From Psammoneis japonica (lineage: Eukaryota), in assembly GCA_008632985.1 (NCBI GenBank), contig QPGO01000013.1, forward strand, positions 372,001 through 436,000: a DNA stretch of 64,000 nt. Reading direction: 5' to 3'. Made by a program: the position numbers and the translations under genes. The notes under the pieces were generated by a model. The model was not told where the DNA came from and did no database searches. It saw nothing but the letters and a program-made list of their open reading frames with translations. Each line of letters begins with the position of its first letter. Positions within the stretch are counted from its first letter, which is position 1. This document shows, piece after piece, positions 35,100 through 48,337 of this stretch.

Positions 35100-37500
35100 C
35101 AAAGAATGAGCCTCTGCACATTCTCCTTGACAGCAGAACATTGTCAACCAGCACAATTTTGCTCAAGTTCACATGGAAACAGAGAATGAAGAAATCCGCA
35201 ACCAAAACTTGGGAAACCAAGGGTGGACTCTTCATGACTGACAATCGCTGTGCAACACAGTGTGCTCCACCTGAATTGACAAACACAAGATGACAGAAAC
35301 AACACCACATGTTGACAACACCCCTTCTTCTTTGAGTCATTATGATGTGATCATGGGACATGACTTGATGTCCATTCTTGGGATCACATTGGACTTTGCA
35401 AACAAAGAAATCAAATGGGAGGAAGCAACTGCACCTGTGAAGAATGTTGATGCACTCTTTGATGCCGATGTGTTCAAGTTTCAAGTTGATTGCCAATCAC
35501 ATTGAGGAATCTCATGCCATGATTGGTCTTGATGAGAGGGTCAATTGAGTCCTTGACTCAGATTGTCACGCAGCTGTTGACCTTGACAATGTGACTGCAG
35601 CAGCAACTCATCTAACTCCAGAGGAGCAGAAGCAGCTGAACTTCCTCCCAGAAAGATTTGAAAACCTTTTTGATGGTTCTCCAGGTGAATGGACCGTGAA
35701 ACCTGTGGATCTCAAGCCAAAATTGGATGTGATTCCACATCATGCAAAGCCATTTCCCATGCCACAAGCCTTGGAGGCAACTGCTGGAAAGGAAGTTGAA
35801 AGACTGTGCAAGCTGAAAGTCTTAAGAAAAACAAATTGTTCCAAATGGGCAGCTCCAAGAACCTTTGTTCAACCAAAGAAAAATGGTCAAGTTTGGTTTC
35901 TGCCCAACTTCCGTGAACTGAGTGAGAGGTTGACATGCACTCCATTTCCTCTGCCTGATGTTCAAGACATGCTGCAAAAACTTGAAGGTGTTGTGCATGC
36001 CACTTCACTTGATTTGAACATGGGATGCTGCCATGTCAAATTGACTCTGCGCGCACATTGCTTGTGCACTGTCATCATGCCTTGGGGCAAACATGAGCAC
36101 TGCAGATCACCTGCGGGCATCTGTGGAGCTCCAGATGTCTTCCAAGAGCACACAAGTGAACTCATGCTGGCAGGTCTGGAGTTCATCAGAACTCATGTTG
36201 ATGACACACTGTGTCCCACAAAAGGTGATTTTTGAGACCATCTCAAAAAGCTTGAAACAGTGTTCATGCACCTTGAGCAAGCTGGGTTGAAAGTCAATGC
36301 CAAAAAGTCCTTCTTTGCCAAACCCAAAGTGGACTGCCCAAGCTTTCATGTCACCTGCAATGGCGTCAGTCTGATGCCAAAGAAAGTGGAGACAATTCAC
36401 TCAATTGCTGTCCCCAAAACTTGCAAGGATTCCACAGTCACAAGTTAAATGGAGTGCAGACACACTGCACTGCAATGGAAAAAGAACTTCTGTCCACAGT
36501 GGAAACACTCAAGGAATTCCGGAATGTGCTGTTTGGCCCACAGATCAATGTGTGTGTGGAGCACAAGAATCTCACCCACAAGAACTTCTCACAATGGACA
36601 GAGCCATGTGTTGGTGACTGACAATGGAAGAATGCAGCCCCAAATTAATTTGCCTTGAGGGCAAGGCAAACATTGTCGCAGATGCAATCAGCCAACTTGC
36701 TGTGAAAAAAATTGAACCCACTGTGAAAAACCTGAGCATCAAAGATCTGGCTGAGAAAGTTGCACCCAGATCCCATGACACTGTCTTTCCATTGATGTGC
36801 AAAGTTCCAGATGCTGAACAAAAGTGGGACAAAGACATTCTCTCCAAATTGTTGGATGCAACACATCACATGAAGACTTTTTGTGGAGGCCAGCAAGACC
36901 GGTTGCTCACGTGTCACAAGGGAAAAATTGTTGCACCCAAGACGTTGCAAAAAGCAGTGACAGATTGGTGCCATGCACACCTTCCATGCCCAGGCACAAA
37001 TGGAGCTAAAAAAAACAATCTTGCAAGACTTGTGGTGGTCTGCCTTGTGTGAGGACATGTGAGATAGAATGCATGTCAAAATGTGAAACGTGCCAAAAAT
37101 TCAAAAAGAAACAGAAAAAATGTGGACATTTGCACCCCAAGTGTGCAGAAGCAGTGCCACAGGAACGGCTGTGTGTGTGGATCTTGTTGGACAATGCAAA
37201 ATGCATCACAATGGAAAGAAGAAACCCCAAGTCCTGAAATGTTCAACAATGATTGATCTGGCAACAGGATGGTTTAAAGTTGTGGAGATTTCAAATGAGA
37301 AATCCACAACCATCGCTGGATTGTTAGAGCAGACATGGTTGAGCAGATGTCCTTGGCCATCGTTGGTTGCACATGACCATGGAAGTGAGTTCATTGGACA
37401 CCAAATTTCAGAAACACAGTTGAAGGGGGCTGGGGCACAAAATGCAAGCCCATGACCACACAAAATCCACAGTTGAATGCAGTTGTTGAGTGTGCCATCA
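35100..37500 (+). pseudogene. Gypsy pol (protease, RT, partial RNase H, integrase N-half); continues at about 44598-45045
   Basis: ILLDS and YDVIMGHDLM (PR); SLDLNMGCCHV, PWGKHEH, RTHVDD (RT, YxDD mutated); EKELLSTVETLKEFR (RH); CETCQK, TMIDLATGWF, HDHGSEF (INT); HQVLGNML...TPGQLVFNREMI resumes at 44598. Confidence 0.92.
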
Positions 37501-40500
37501 GAGGCTGCAACACAGTGGCTTCCATGTTCCTCTGCAATTTTTTTTAATGTGCGTCATTGTCAAAATTGTCAACAAGCCAAATTTGAAAACTGCTGGCAAC
37601 AGTGCTCAACAAAGTGCAATTGTTTTGTGCATTTCAGCTGATGTCTCATCAGCTTTTCTTGCACAAGCTTCAATCAAATGCATGCAATGTTTAATTTGAT
37701 CAGGACTGGCATCTGTTTTGTGTGATGCATGGTTTGGTTTCCTTTTGATGGTCATCAATTTGAACTTGGTTTCAACTTTGGCCTTCCCCAACTTGCATGC
37801 ATGTGTCTTTGCATGTGTGCAGTCTACTTTGTGCATGCATGTGACCCACCCTCATTTTAAATTTCTTTTCATGCTTCCCAGTTTTGTGCAGCCCATTGGT
37901 CTGTGGTGTTTTCAGCATTTTTTTCACATGCACAATTTTCTGCACACTTCATGATGGCACCCCCTCTCCCCAAAAGTTGAAAAGCAAGAGCATGTGCTGT
38001 TGTGATTCATGTGGATTTTGTGTGTGGTCACAAATCTGCAAATTGACAACCCTGCCATGGTGGTGAAAGACTTTGCCCCATTGGCCGGCGATGACAGTGG
38101 CTCAATGCATGGTGAGACCTGCCATCCTTCTGGTTGGTCAAGACAGGTTTTGATTGGGGTGTTGCTTGAGTTTCATGATCACGAGTGTGCTGTCACAAAT
38201 CTGCCACATCGAAAAATCATCACCCAGAATGCTGAGCCACTGGTGTGTTGTTGTGTGCACGCATGACACAAACTTTTCTGCAGCATTGGTGCAATCGTGC
38301 ATGTCAGAGTTTTGCACACAGAATCATTGCAAGTCACCACAAATGACACTCTCCAAACAAGGCATGTGCAAAAAGAGGTTCATTGATTTTTGACATGTTT
38401 GCCAACGGTGCATCTGTCTCCTCCAATTTTTACATCCAGATCCAGAAAGACTGCAGGTGGTGCTTGTTCTCACAGCTCTCAGAATCACATGCATGCAATG
38501 TTGCTTGCCACAAATGACATTCTTCAAACAAGGCATGCACAAAAAGAGCTTCATTGGGTTTTTGATGTGTTCACTGACATTGCGTCCATCTTCTCCAATT
38601 TTTGTCCAGATTCAGAAAGACTGCAGAGGTGGAGAGTGAGGAGGCAACCCATTGGAGGTTGCCTGAGTTGTTGAGCTCATTTTTAAATGCCTCCCAAGTC
38701 TCTCTCCACTGTTTTTGGTCCATGCTCCAAATGATGTGTCATTGATGAACCATCTGCAGCACAGGAGGTGCGGGGCAAACTCAGCCATTGCAGTGTGACT
38801 TTGTCATTTGCGCAGTGCCTTGCACAGTGTGGTGCACATGCAGGTGGTGCTTGTTCCCACAGCCATTCTGGCAAGTGTGTTCTGTGGCACTCAAGATGTT
38901 TTTTGCTTGCTCGAGTGCTTTTCTTTCTGTGTTTTCTTTGAGTTGCAGAGGTGGAGCTGGGTGCTTGACGTCTTGCACCACAAACTGGTGTCCACTTTGC
39001 TCCAGAATCAGTGGTGCCGGATGCTCTCACAATGTGCTCTGCACTTTTTGGCAATGAACAAAGTGGATCAGAGCAACAGTGCTTTTGCTGCAAACTCAAC
39101 TGCTCCAGAATCAGCCATGTTGGATGCACTGGCAAGTCTGTGTTGCTGTTCCTGTGGGTTGTGTTGGTTCATCTGTGTCATGCTCTCACACTGTGTTCCA
39201 CACTTTTTGGCAATGAACAAGGTGGGTTGGAGCAACGACAGTTCAAATCATGGAACAGCAGCTCCTGCTGCAAACTTGCCTGCTCCAGAACCAGTGGCAC
39301 AGGATGCACCGGCAAGTCTGTGTTGCAAATCCTGTTGGTTGTGTTGGTTCATCCACGCTGTGTTTTCACAATGTGTTCTGCACTGTTTGGCAATGAACAA
39401 GGTGGCTGCTGACAGCAGCACTTTAAGAAAGAGAGCTGCAACTGCTGCTGCAGACTGGTCTGGTGTTGTCTCTGTCAGCATCATTTGGGTTTGATGAAAA
39501 CAACAAAATAGAATGCTCGTGGTGCAATGCAAATGACTCTAATTTGCAGGTTTTGCAGGAACAGAGGGTGGGCGCTTGTTGCTGTTTCACAGCGAAACAT
39601 GTTTTCCTCAGGGGGGGGGGGGGGGGGGTCATCTGTCACAGTTGACATTTTGTCACCATGTGCACAACTGATGAGGTTGGATGGTGTGTTGTTGTTTTGA
39701 AAAAAAAACAATCACTGTGGGAAAGGAGTGTCAGCCTGTCTATCCTGCGATGGACAGACTGTGCGCAGATGATGGCAAGACCATCTAGACAGACGAGCAG
39801 ATCTCTTAGATCTGCCTCTCACTTTCTCATCCACCAGCACTCGTGTCATCACAGTCCCAGTGCTTGGGGAGTCTTTCATGCCTCTGTCATCATTGACCTT
39901 TGGCATTCTGTCAGGTTGTGGCCTTGCGCTGTGCCACAGAACTCTGCACCAAGTTTTCTGTCTTGACCCATTTGTTTTGTGAGCCGTCCGAGGACCGAGC
40001 AAGCCTCATCGTCTGTTCCAACAAAATTTTTTTCTTGCTTTCCCGGCATTTTTCACGATCGTAGAAACACACCAGATTTCCATGTGTGCATGACCAAAAA
40101 TGCCCTCACCAAGTGAAACCATGGCATCTCCGACCTTGCAAAGGGCGCTCCGACGTCCATTGCAGAGATCTGCTGTGACTTTCAAGAACATGCAACGATG
40201 CCTCATTTTCACACGGCTTTGAACAAGATGCACGCGGATTCAATGTTTGATCTGGACCTGTTCTTTGACGATCCAGAACACACTCAACCGAAGAAAGATT
40301 TTGTTGACCTGTTTTGAGATCACCTCATCAACACGGCCTTCCCACCTTGCACGGTTCATCCTGCGGACATGCAGCCCATCAAGACGATTGTGGATCAAGC
40401 TGCGTTCTGCATTGTAGACTCTGCCAGGCCTTGTGCGATCCACATGACGCCCACATCTCTCTCGTCAATCATCAAGACCAATCTCCAGAACCACGACCAA

Positions 40501-43500
40501 ATCACATGCATCATCATCTCTGCACACAACATTTACGTTGACCCCAACATGATGTGGAATTACAGAGATTGGAAAGAGTTTTCTCTTTTCCTGCATGCAT
40601 CCAAACAAGCACCTGCGGCTCCACCGTTGTCGACCACGAATTCTTTGTTGCATTGCATGGACGATTTTGTCACGGCTCTGTGTGACGTTGTGCATGGTGA
40701 TGCACAGCCACATTCAACAGCTGTTGGGCATTGTGGAGGTGCTCCCACGCATGTCACATCCAATGTCAACCTGAACAAGAATCCATGCTTCTTCCAGCAA
40801 CAAACAGATCTTGCTCCTTGACCAGTGCACACGATCTTGTCAGGAACCGGCACAGTTCCCCATCCGTGACTACGCCACTCATTGTGACTGCCAACACATC
40901 TTCTGGAGACTCCACTGCAGCTGTTGTGTCTGTGGTTCAAGATGCAACTCTTGATGCCAAGGCCACTGGCAAGAGTGACATTGGTTCTCGTGTTTGGGTC
41001 TAAGAATCTAGTTGCCGTCACTCCAAGTTGCACCCCATCTCCACGAAGGGTGTTTTCCTTGGTTGTTCATCTGACACCAACAAGCATGTCCCATGGCAAG
41101 ATCCTGACACCTGTCAGACCAAGATTGCCATGCACGTGTGCTTCAACGAGGGCATGATGACTCTCCTCGTGCGAAGGATTAATGCCATCCAGATCCTTCA
41201 CCTTCCGGTGGCCATGACGGATGTGATTCACCCTCTTTGCTCTCTTCCTCACCTCAGGTCTCTTGTTTGAGCAATCATGCATTTGAACTCTCCAGGATGG
41301 ACCCAGCTGCCGAGTCTGCCAGCCACACAGATGCAGATGTGACTCGCGCTGAGGACACATTTGTCACGAGTGCTCGGATTGATCCTGCAAATGCAAATGC
41401 ACTGGATGTCAAGCCTGCTGTGTCCATTGTGGTTCCTGCGAGCATGTCATCTACAGTTGTTGCTGCTGGCTCCCTGGCATTGCATGCCGACTTGGCAGAA
41501 CTTCCCCTTGACGTCAAGAAGTTCCTGCTTCAGTCCCCCAGCAGCTGTTGTGATCATTCCATTGATTCATGCCAAGGTGGTGTCACTCTTAAGATGGAGG
41601 ATTTGTCCTCTCTTTCCAAGTGTGTGCCAATGACACCAGCACCTCCTGCGCCGTTGTTGTTTGATGCGGATGACCGCTGTCACCACATGGACAGTTGCCC
41701 AGTTCCCTCGCCTTTGGTTTTTTGGCTCGGCCGTCATTAACTTCGGATGCATGATGCCGCCAATGCTTGTGTTGTCTGAACAAGAACGATCATAGCGGGG
41801 TGATTGTGAAAGAGGGCCATCGAGCTTTTTCATCTTCCGCTGTTCCACCTCTTCCATCTGACGGGATGGCTGTCATCGACACCACCTGCATGAATCTGAT
41901 GGCTCCGGTCACGTCCACCCTTGCAGATGACGATCCAAGTCTTCCTCTTCAGGAAATGTCAAAACACAGTGCCAAGCAAGCGAGTGAGTTGGCAAAGAAT
42001 GCGATCAATTGTGGAGCTGCATCCATGATGGATGTCTCTTTGCATGGCACTTCAGATCGAATGGCACTCACTGTGCATCCATTTTCTTCCAACATGGACA
42101 ACACCTGTGGTTCTGCCACCTCTTCTCACTCAAATCTCCTGGTTGGATCGAGGTGCACTGCATCTCTTGGCTCAAATGGTGTGTTGAATGTGGCATTTTT
42201 TTGCCATCTCTGCCGTCATGGTGACACTCGCATCTCGCAGTTTTCGCGATTGCTTTTGAACAATTGTGCTGCGAGACATGTCCAAGACTCGCCAAAATGT
42301 CTTGATGAACACTTTTGTTCATTGCAGAGCGACCTTCGCTGTCATTGTCATCCAAAGACTGCGTCGCTGACCGCGACCACCCCAACCCTTTTGATGATTT
42401 CAATCGCAAACCGCGATCAACCGATGGATCGCTTCTGCCCTTTTTTTTTTTTGAAGAACCCTCGTCATTGACGATGTTTCCACCAATGGCATCTGCTGCG
42501 GTTCTTCATGCGCCTCTTTGCCGTCCAACTGAGGCTCACATTGTGATCTCCCCGTGCTTCTGTTGGGACTTTCCCATGGCTTTAGCACATTTGCTCGATG
42601 GACTCACTCCTCCCAAGAGCGTTGCATTGCCGACCATTCTCCAAGTTGCACCTGATCCTCTCCATCCCATGCACGTTGACATTTCCATGCTGATGCAAGT
42701 TCGGCTGATTTTTGTGTTGACTGATCCATGTGTTGCTGTTCTTGGAGAACCGACGACGTGCGCTGAAGAAGCGCTTGGTGCGGCTGCTCAGATGGATCCC
42801 AGGAATGCCAAAGCATTGGACATCAAGTCTACCATGTCTGTCATGGAAGCTGCAGGTAAGCCACCTGCAGTTGTTGCTGCTGGATCCCTCGAATTTCCTG
42901 CCGAATCGATGGTGCTTCCTGCTGAGGTCCACGCCTGCCTGCTCGTGACCCCGAAGTTTTTCATTTGTGGCCATTCCATTGTTCCGTGCAATGATGGTCA
43001 TGTTTTCTCCAGTTGTGGCCTGTCCTTCATTGTCAAGGTTACACCCAAGTTGCTTGCCACATGTGCACCGCCGTCGTCTGTCACCCATGGACGCCGTCAA
43101 CATTACGTTGGTTGTCAAGTTGACTTGAATTCGGATTTTTGGTTCGGCCGTCGTTAAATTCGGATGTGCGATGCAGCCATTCCTTCACTTGTCCGAACAA
43201 GACCAATGGAAGCGGGGCAGTTGTGAAAGAGGACCATGGAGTCTTGCCATCTTCCGCTGGCCCGTCTCTTTCCTCTGTTGTCAGGATTGTTGTTGCGTCT
43301 AATTGCACTTTTCATGGTGCTCCGGACGTGTCCACCATCGCTGATGATGATCCTCATTTGCATGATCAGGGGAGGGATCCCCACAGCAAAGAGGCAACAC
43401 ACAAGGCTCATGAGTGTTTGCAATCCGGTGCAGACACCTTTTTTGGCGGCCAAGATTTGGACACACTGCTGTGCCTGCGCATCCGTTCTTTTCCGACGTT

Positions 43501-44597
43501 GAGGAATTTTGCGCTATTTTCTCTTTGTTCAATGAGCTCTACAAGGGCAAAGCAACATGTGGTGTGGGTGCAGCTCTGTCTCGTGGGTTGCTCACAATGT
43601 GTTTTTGCTGCATCCCATGCCATGGTGACACCATCAAGACCGCTGTGATCTTGAGTGGCATTTTTCATGGTGCTCCCAACCTGTCTGCCATCGCTGACAA
43701 TGATCCTGCATTTCCAGATCAGGGGAGGGATCACTGCAGTGCAGAGGAAGCATGCAAGGCTTTTCAGCATTCAAGATTCAGTCCAGACACATTGTTTGGC
43801 AGCCAAGAATTGGCAGCACTGATGTGCTCACCTGCCATGCGTCTTCGTCCTTCCAACGCTGAGGACTTTTACGCAGTTTTCTCTTTGCCCAATGAGTTTT
43901 TCAAGGGTGAAGCAAGATGTGGTGGAGGCATTGTTTTGTCTGGTGGGTTGCTTCCGCTTTGTTTTTGCCACATCCTGCACCATGGTGATTTCCCATCCGG
44001 CCCCATTTTGTTGGATGAGACTCAGCGACATTGTGGCTCGCCAGAATGTCCTTTTGGCTTTGATTGCTTGTTGATTGACAGATTTTTTCAATGGTTCAAG
44101 ACTCAATTGATGCGCAAGATTTGTTGGAAACTGCCGATGATTTTTTTGTCGAAGACTTCAATGGATCAACACACATGCACTGCGTGCAGCCGTTGCTGAT
44201 TTTTTGGAGATGTCACCGCCCTGTGTGGTGTGGTTCCTTTACGATTGCGTGTTGAGCGACCCTGGACACTGCTGCTTTGTTTTGTCATCCTTTGGTCTTC
44301 CTCTGCATCATCCCCATTCTTTGGTTTGATCTGCACTGTCTTCTATCTCGAGACATTGCAGATCAGGGGAGGGTGTCAGCCCATCTATCCTGCGACAGAC
44401 AGACTGCACACAGATGATGGCAAGACCATCTGGACAGACGAGCAGATCTCTCTGAGATCTGCCTCTCACTTTCTCATCTGCTGGTGCTCGTGTCATCACA
44501 GTCCCAGTGCTTGGGGAGTCTTTCATGCCTCCATCATCATTGACCTTCGGCATTGTGTCAAGGAGGTGCCGATCACTGTGATGTTCACTCCAACGGC
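37501..44597. mobile_element. Unclassified insertion splitting the Gypsy integrase; itself contains an LTR element
   Basis: Integrase breaks at VE-x-x-HQ, with catca on both sides of the break. Internal tandem duplications at about 38310-38630 and 39000-39410; G18 tract at 39611-39628. Confidence 0.7.
39729..44560 (+). mobile_element. Non-autonomous Copia-derived LTR element with ~185-bp LTRs and AGGAG TSD
   Basis: LTRs 39729-39913 and 44374-44560 (TGTCA...TGTCA); perfect 5-bp TSD AGGAG; PBS-like ggttgtggcc; PPT aggggaggg; Copia post-integrase remnant KGVFLGCS...KIAMHVCFNEG at about 41040-41155; no RT recognised. Confidence 0.9.
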
Positions 44598-45074
44598 ACA
44601 TCAAGTGCTGGGCAACATGCTGCACACATTTGACCTGCAAAATGCACCCCTGAACACAGACAATCCATTTTCTGGTGTGCTGTCAGCAGTGGCTTTTGCT
44701 GTGCACTCTGCGTGCCACAACACTGTCATGCAAGCCACACACCAGGACAACTGGTCTTCAACAGAGAGATGATTTTTGGTGTCCAACACATTGCTGATTC
44801 AAAGTTTGTCAGGAAACAAGAACAAGAAATCACAAATGAAAAATGCTCAAGAGAATGCCTGATGCACTCCACACATGCACAGAGTGGGAAAAAAGATTCC
44901 ACTCAAAAAAGACTCTCAAAAATTAGAACAGCCCTGTGTTGGACCACACGCAATGACAACGGTGCACACCAATGGCACAGTGCAGATCAAATGCAGTGAA
45001 ATTGTTGACACTGTCAATGTTCATTGCATGACACCGTTTGATGAATGACCCCAATGTGCAACTGGGGAGGCAAA

Positions 45075-45482
45075 TGCAATGTGTGCTGTTGCTTGCATTT
45101 TACATGCATGTGTGCATGCATTTTCCATTGTCACACTTCAATCTCTTGCATCAATCGTGGGTTCATGTGAAGGACAGATCAGTCACACAGAATTGATCGG
45201 ATGTTGAAAATTGCAAATGCGACAGCTCGACAATGTTGACATCTCATGTGTCAATGGCAATCACATCTGGACATGCTGTTGTCACAATTAGATTCTCCCT
45301 GTTGTCATCATGATCAGATTTTCTGAAAGGCCTTTGGTCTGTGGAAACAGTGTGGAAACCTCAGGCCATTGAGAACTTGTTCAGAGAAACCCAAAATGAT
45401 TGAGCACAATCCAATCTCATGATTTTCATTTTTCACACTTCGCCCCACTTTTGTTTGCACTCATTCTTCAAACACAGCTGCA
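45075..45482 (+). repeat. Gypsy 3' LTR
   Basis: Aligns with the 5' LTR; runs TGCAAT...TGCA; preceded by the PPT. Confidence 0.85.
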
Positions 45483-45739
45483 ACATGCAGAACTGCACAG
45501 AGTTTCACGCGTTCGACAGTGATCAACGTTGCTGCAGACAACTCCCACTCAGGGTTTCAAACCCCTGGCCTCCTGCCCAATGGTTGTGATGAACCACTCC
45601 GCTGTGAACTCACAACGCAGCACGCATGCAGACAAAAATGACAGCCTTTAAATGTCACAAAGGGCGTGACAAAAACAACCTTTTGTCTGCACACACACTG
45701 CACAGCACACGCTGGCATGTCCTGAAGGACCTGCACTGG

Positions 45740-45940
45740 CAGCAGTTTGCATTGGAGATTGACAACTGCCCCAATTTGGCCAAGGAGGCAATGCAGGTGT
45801 TGTGCACATGTGGGGCCAACAAGAAACATGAGGGAGCAAGCTTTGCACAACACAAGAAGAAGCAGATCAAATGCTGGAAACAATGTGACAAGGTCAGGCA
45901 TGTGAAGAAGAGTTGTCCTTTGCTCAATGAAAATGATGAT
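45740..45940 (+). pseudogene. CoDi-type Copia gag fragment with zinc knuckle
   Basis: IDNCPNLAKEAMQVL...ASFAQ...KCWKQCDKVRHVKKSCP (DNYP with Y->C). Confidence 0.6.
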
Positions 45941-46199
45941 CACCCATCTTTGGAGTCAGACGATGAAGCAAGCCACGTGTCTCAATGAAGCAGCTGACAT
46001 GGCATCAGCATCGGGTGGGGTGGTTTCCAGCTTTGTCGCCCTTCTTTGGCCAGCATGCACAAGGCCAGTCAATTGACAGCTCACCCACACAAAGGAGGGT
46101 GTTGGGCTGTTGGGCATGATGCAGCTTTTGAAGCACAGATGGACAGTGTCAAAGTGAAAGCAATGCTGATGACTGTCAGAGACATGGTGAGTCCATGTT

Positions 46200-46650
46200 T
46201 GCATGCAGCATGCATGCAGACAAAAGGTCACTTTGTCATGCCCTTTGTGACATTTAAAGGCTGTGACACGTCGCCGTGATGCATTGACTCTCATTGGCAG
46301 CTGTGTGTTGCACTCCTCCCCATGCGTCACGTGTCCATGCGGCTCTTTGCCAACGTGTGCTGACACTGCACGGTTTTGGCGGAACAGTGTGGGCATGTGC
46401 GAAGGAACACACAGAACTGCACAGAGTCCCACGTGTTCGACAGTGATCAACGTTGCTGCAGACAACTCCCACTCAGGGTTTCGAACCCCTGGCCTCCTGC
46501 CTGATGGTTGCGATGAACCACTCCGCTGTGAATTCACAATGCAGCATGCATGCAGACAAAAGGTTGTTTTGTCATGCCCTTTGTGACATTTAAAGGCTGT
46601 AACACGTCGCCGTGACACATTGACTCTCATCAGCAGCTGCATGTTGCATG
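46200..46650. repeat. Partial tandem duplication (~340-bp period); related copy at 45483-45690
   Basis: 46205-46313 matches 46541-46650, and 46410-46560 matches 45488-45638. Confidence 0.85.
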
Positions 46651-47947
46651 CAGCTCACCATGAAGGTGGGTCTCATGGTCACTTTCTGGCTGCACCAGGG
46701 TGACATGGCAATTGGCACAGACCAGTGTTTGTGACATGCATGCTGAGTTTGGGGATTGGCAAGACTGTCGCAGATTGGTTGGCAAGCCATGAGCAAAACA
46801 ATCCCAACAATTGGTGCCAAATTGAAGCACACACTGAACATCATCCTCAGCTCCACAAGAAATGGCCCAAAAGAATGCTGCTCTCTGAGTGGCGCCAACA
46901 TTCTCCTGACCTTTGAATGTCTTTTTCATGATGTGCTGATGGGGGTGTGCCAGCTCTTTGTGGATTTTGTGGATTCTCAAAAATTCAAATCAGCTGCACA
47001 CAGTTGAGTGCTCCTGTCTTTCAAAAGCTGCTAGTGCAGAGCCACTTTTGGTTTTGGCATCTGAGCCACCAAGTCTTGCAATTTTGCTTGTCCATTGCAG
47101 CTGCATTGTGTCAAGCAGGGGCCACTGCACAGCCACATGCCTGGAAAGTTTGGAGTCTGTGATAAAATCATGCAATGATTTGCCACACAATGGCTTTTTG
47201 TTTTTGCTTTTTAATGGCCAATGGCATTTTTTTGTCATCAATGGTCTCATCTCCACAACAACACAACCCTTGTTTCTTGGCATGTTGCCAAAGGAAAGGC
47301 ACGCAGGGCAAGTGAAAATGCTTTGTGATGTGCTGTTTGGTTTGTGCAGCGCTGCTGCCTGCTGCTCAATCTCCAGTTTTTTCATCCTCCAGAAAAACTC
47401 ACTGCCAAGCTTCAGGCATGGCTGGCAAGGCACTCAGTGGTGTTCTTGACAGCTTTCCATGTGCCTGACCTTTCACTTTTTCAACTCAGTCTTTTGTTGT
47501 TTGTTTGTTTGTTTGTTTGTTTGCAAAACAGCATGTTGCCACTTGCAACAGTGCCTTGGTGTGGCATGTGCTTGTTGGCAAAAAGGGCAAGTCACACAAC
47601 AGAAAAACCCTGTCTGATGTTTTGTGCTGTGCTGCTGCAGAGTGCATTTGCTGCTGCAAGCTGTGCAGATGCATTGCCATCAGCACATTTGATCAAACAG
47701 AAGCTTTTTGAGAAGATCACGGTGAAAATGTTGCTGTTCTCAGCCAAATGACAAAAAAGTTTTTGCATCAACCACACAGGCTCTGGCTGTGTTGTTGCAC
47801 AGGATGTTGGATCTCTTGTGTGTGGTGGGGCACCTGCACCTTGGCAAGGCAATGGAGAGCAGGAGCAGAGCAGTGCCTGCATCAAATCTTGTGGCAGTTC
47901 ACAACAGCGGTGGCAACCTTGTTGGTGTTGCAATGAGAGTGGGGGGG

Positions 47948-48337
47948 GACGCGTTCCAGCCCTAGGTGGGACTCCGTGTGACATTGGGCCCGTAGAATTC
48001 TACGTGCGAGCTCCGTAGTACGAGAATTTAATTAATGGATATATTTATCTTCAACATCAAATAAACGGCCAAGTTTGTGGTACAATTATGCCTCTTACCA
48101 CTCGACGTTGTTGCAAATGCGCCTGCCCTACGCGATTCTTAAGACATTATAGAATCGCGCTGTAACAAAAAATGTCAAAAGTTGTTGGACGGATCGCTCA
48201 ATAAGTGTACCGTAAAATGACACAAAATATCGAAAAAATCACGTAGAAATCTACGTGCGCGACATACGACGTGATTCAAAAAACTATCGATGTCACAGTT
48301 CAGCAGCACGAGGTCCCACCTAGACCTGGAACGCGTC
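47948..48337. mobile_element. MITE, 390 bp, ~31-bp TIRs, inserted in a poly-G tract
   Basis: GACGCGTTCCAGCCCTAGGTGGGACTCCGTG ... CACGAGGTCCCACCTAGACCTGGAACGCGTC; G7 on the left and G9 on the right; normal TA and CG content. Confidence 0.9.

Larger units (their letters stand above)
33393..45482 (+). mobile_element. Ty3/Gypsy LTR retrotransposon, inactivated, with a ~7-kb nested insertion in the integrase
   Basis: LTR pair 33393-33770 and 45075-45482; PPT ggggagg before the 3' LTR; flanks acatt/acatg; domain order gag, PR, RT, RH, INT. The joined flanks restore the repeat seen intact at 46401-46430. Confidence 0.92.

Noticed and set aside
35591..36235. Alternative genetic code or RNA editing restoring Tyr in TE proteins
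   Set aside because: Neighbouring genes use standard Tyr and TAA/TAG codons; the TEs also carry frameshifts and deletions; non-coding LTRs show the same changes on both strands.
38310..39410. Periodic repeats as a CRISPR array
   Set aside because: Units are about 170-190 bp, diverged, lack unique spacers and have no cas genes nearby; the context is eukaryotic TE DNA.
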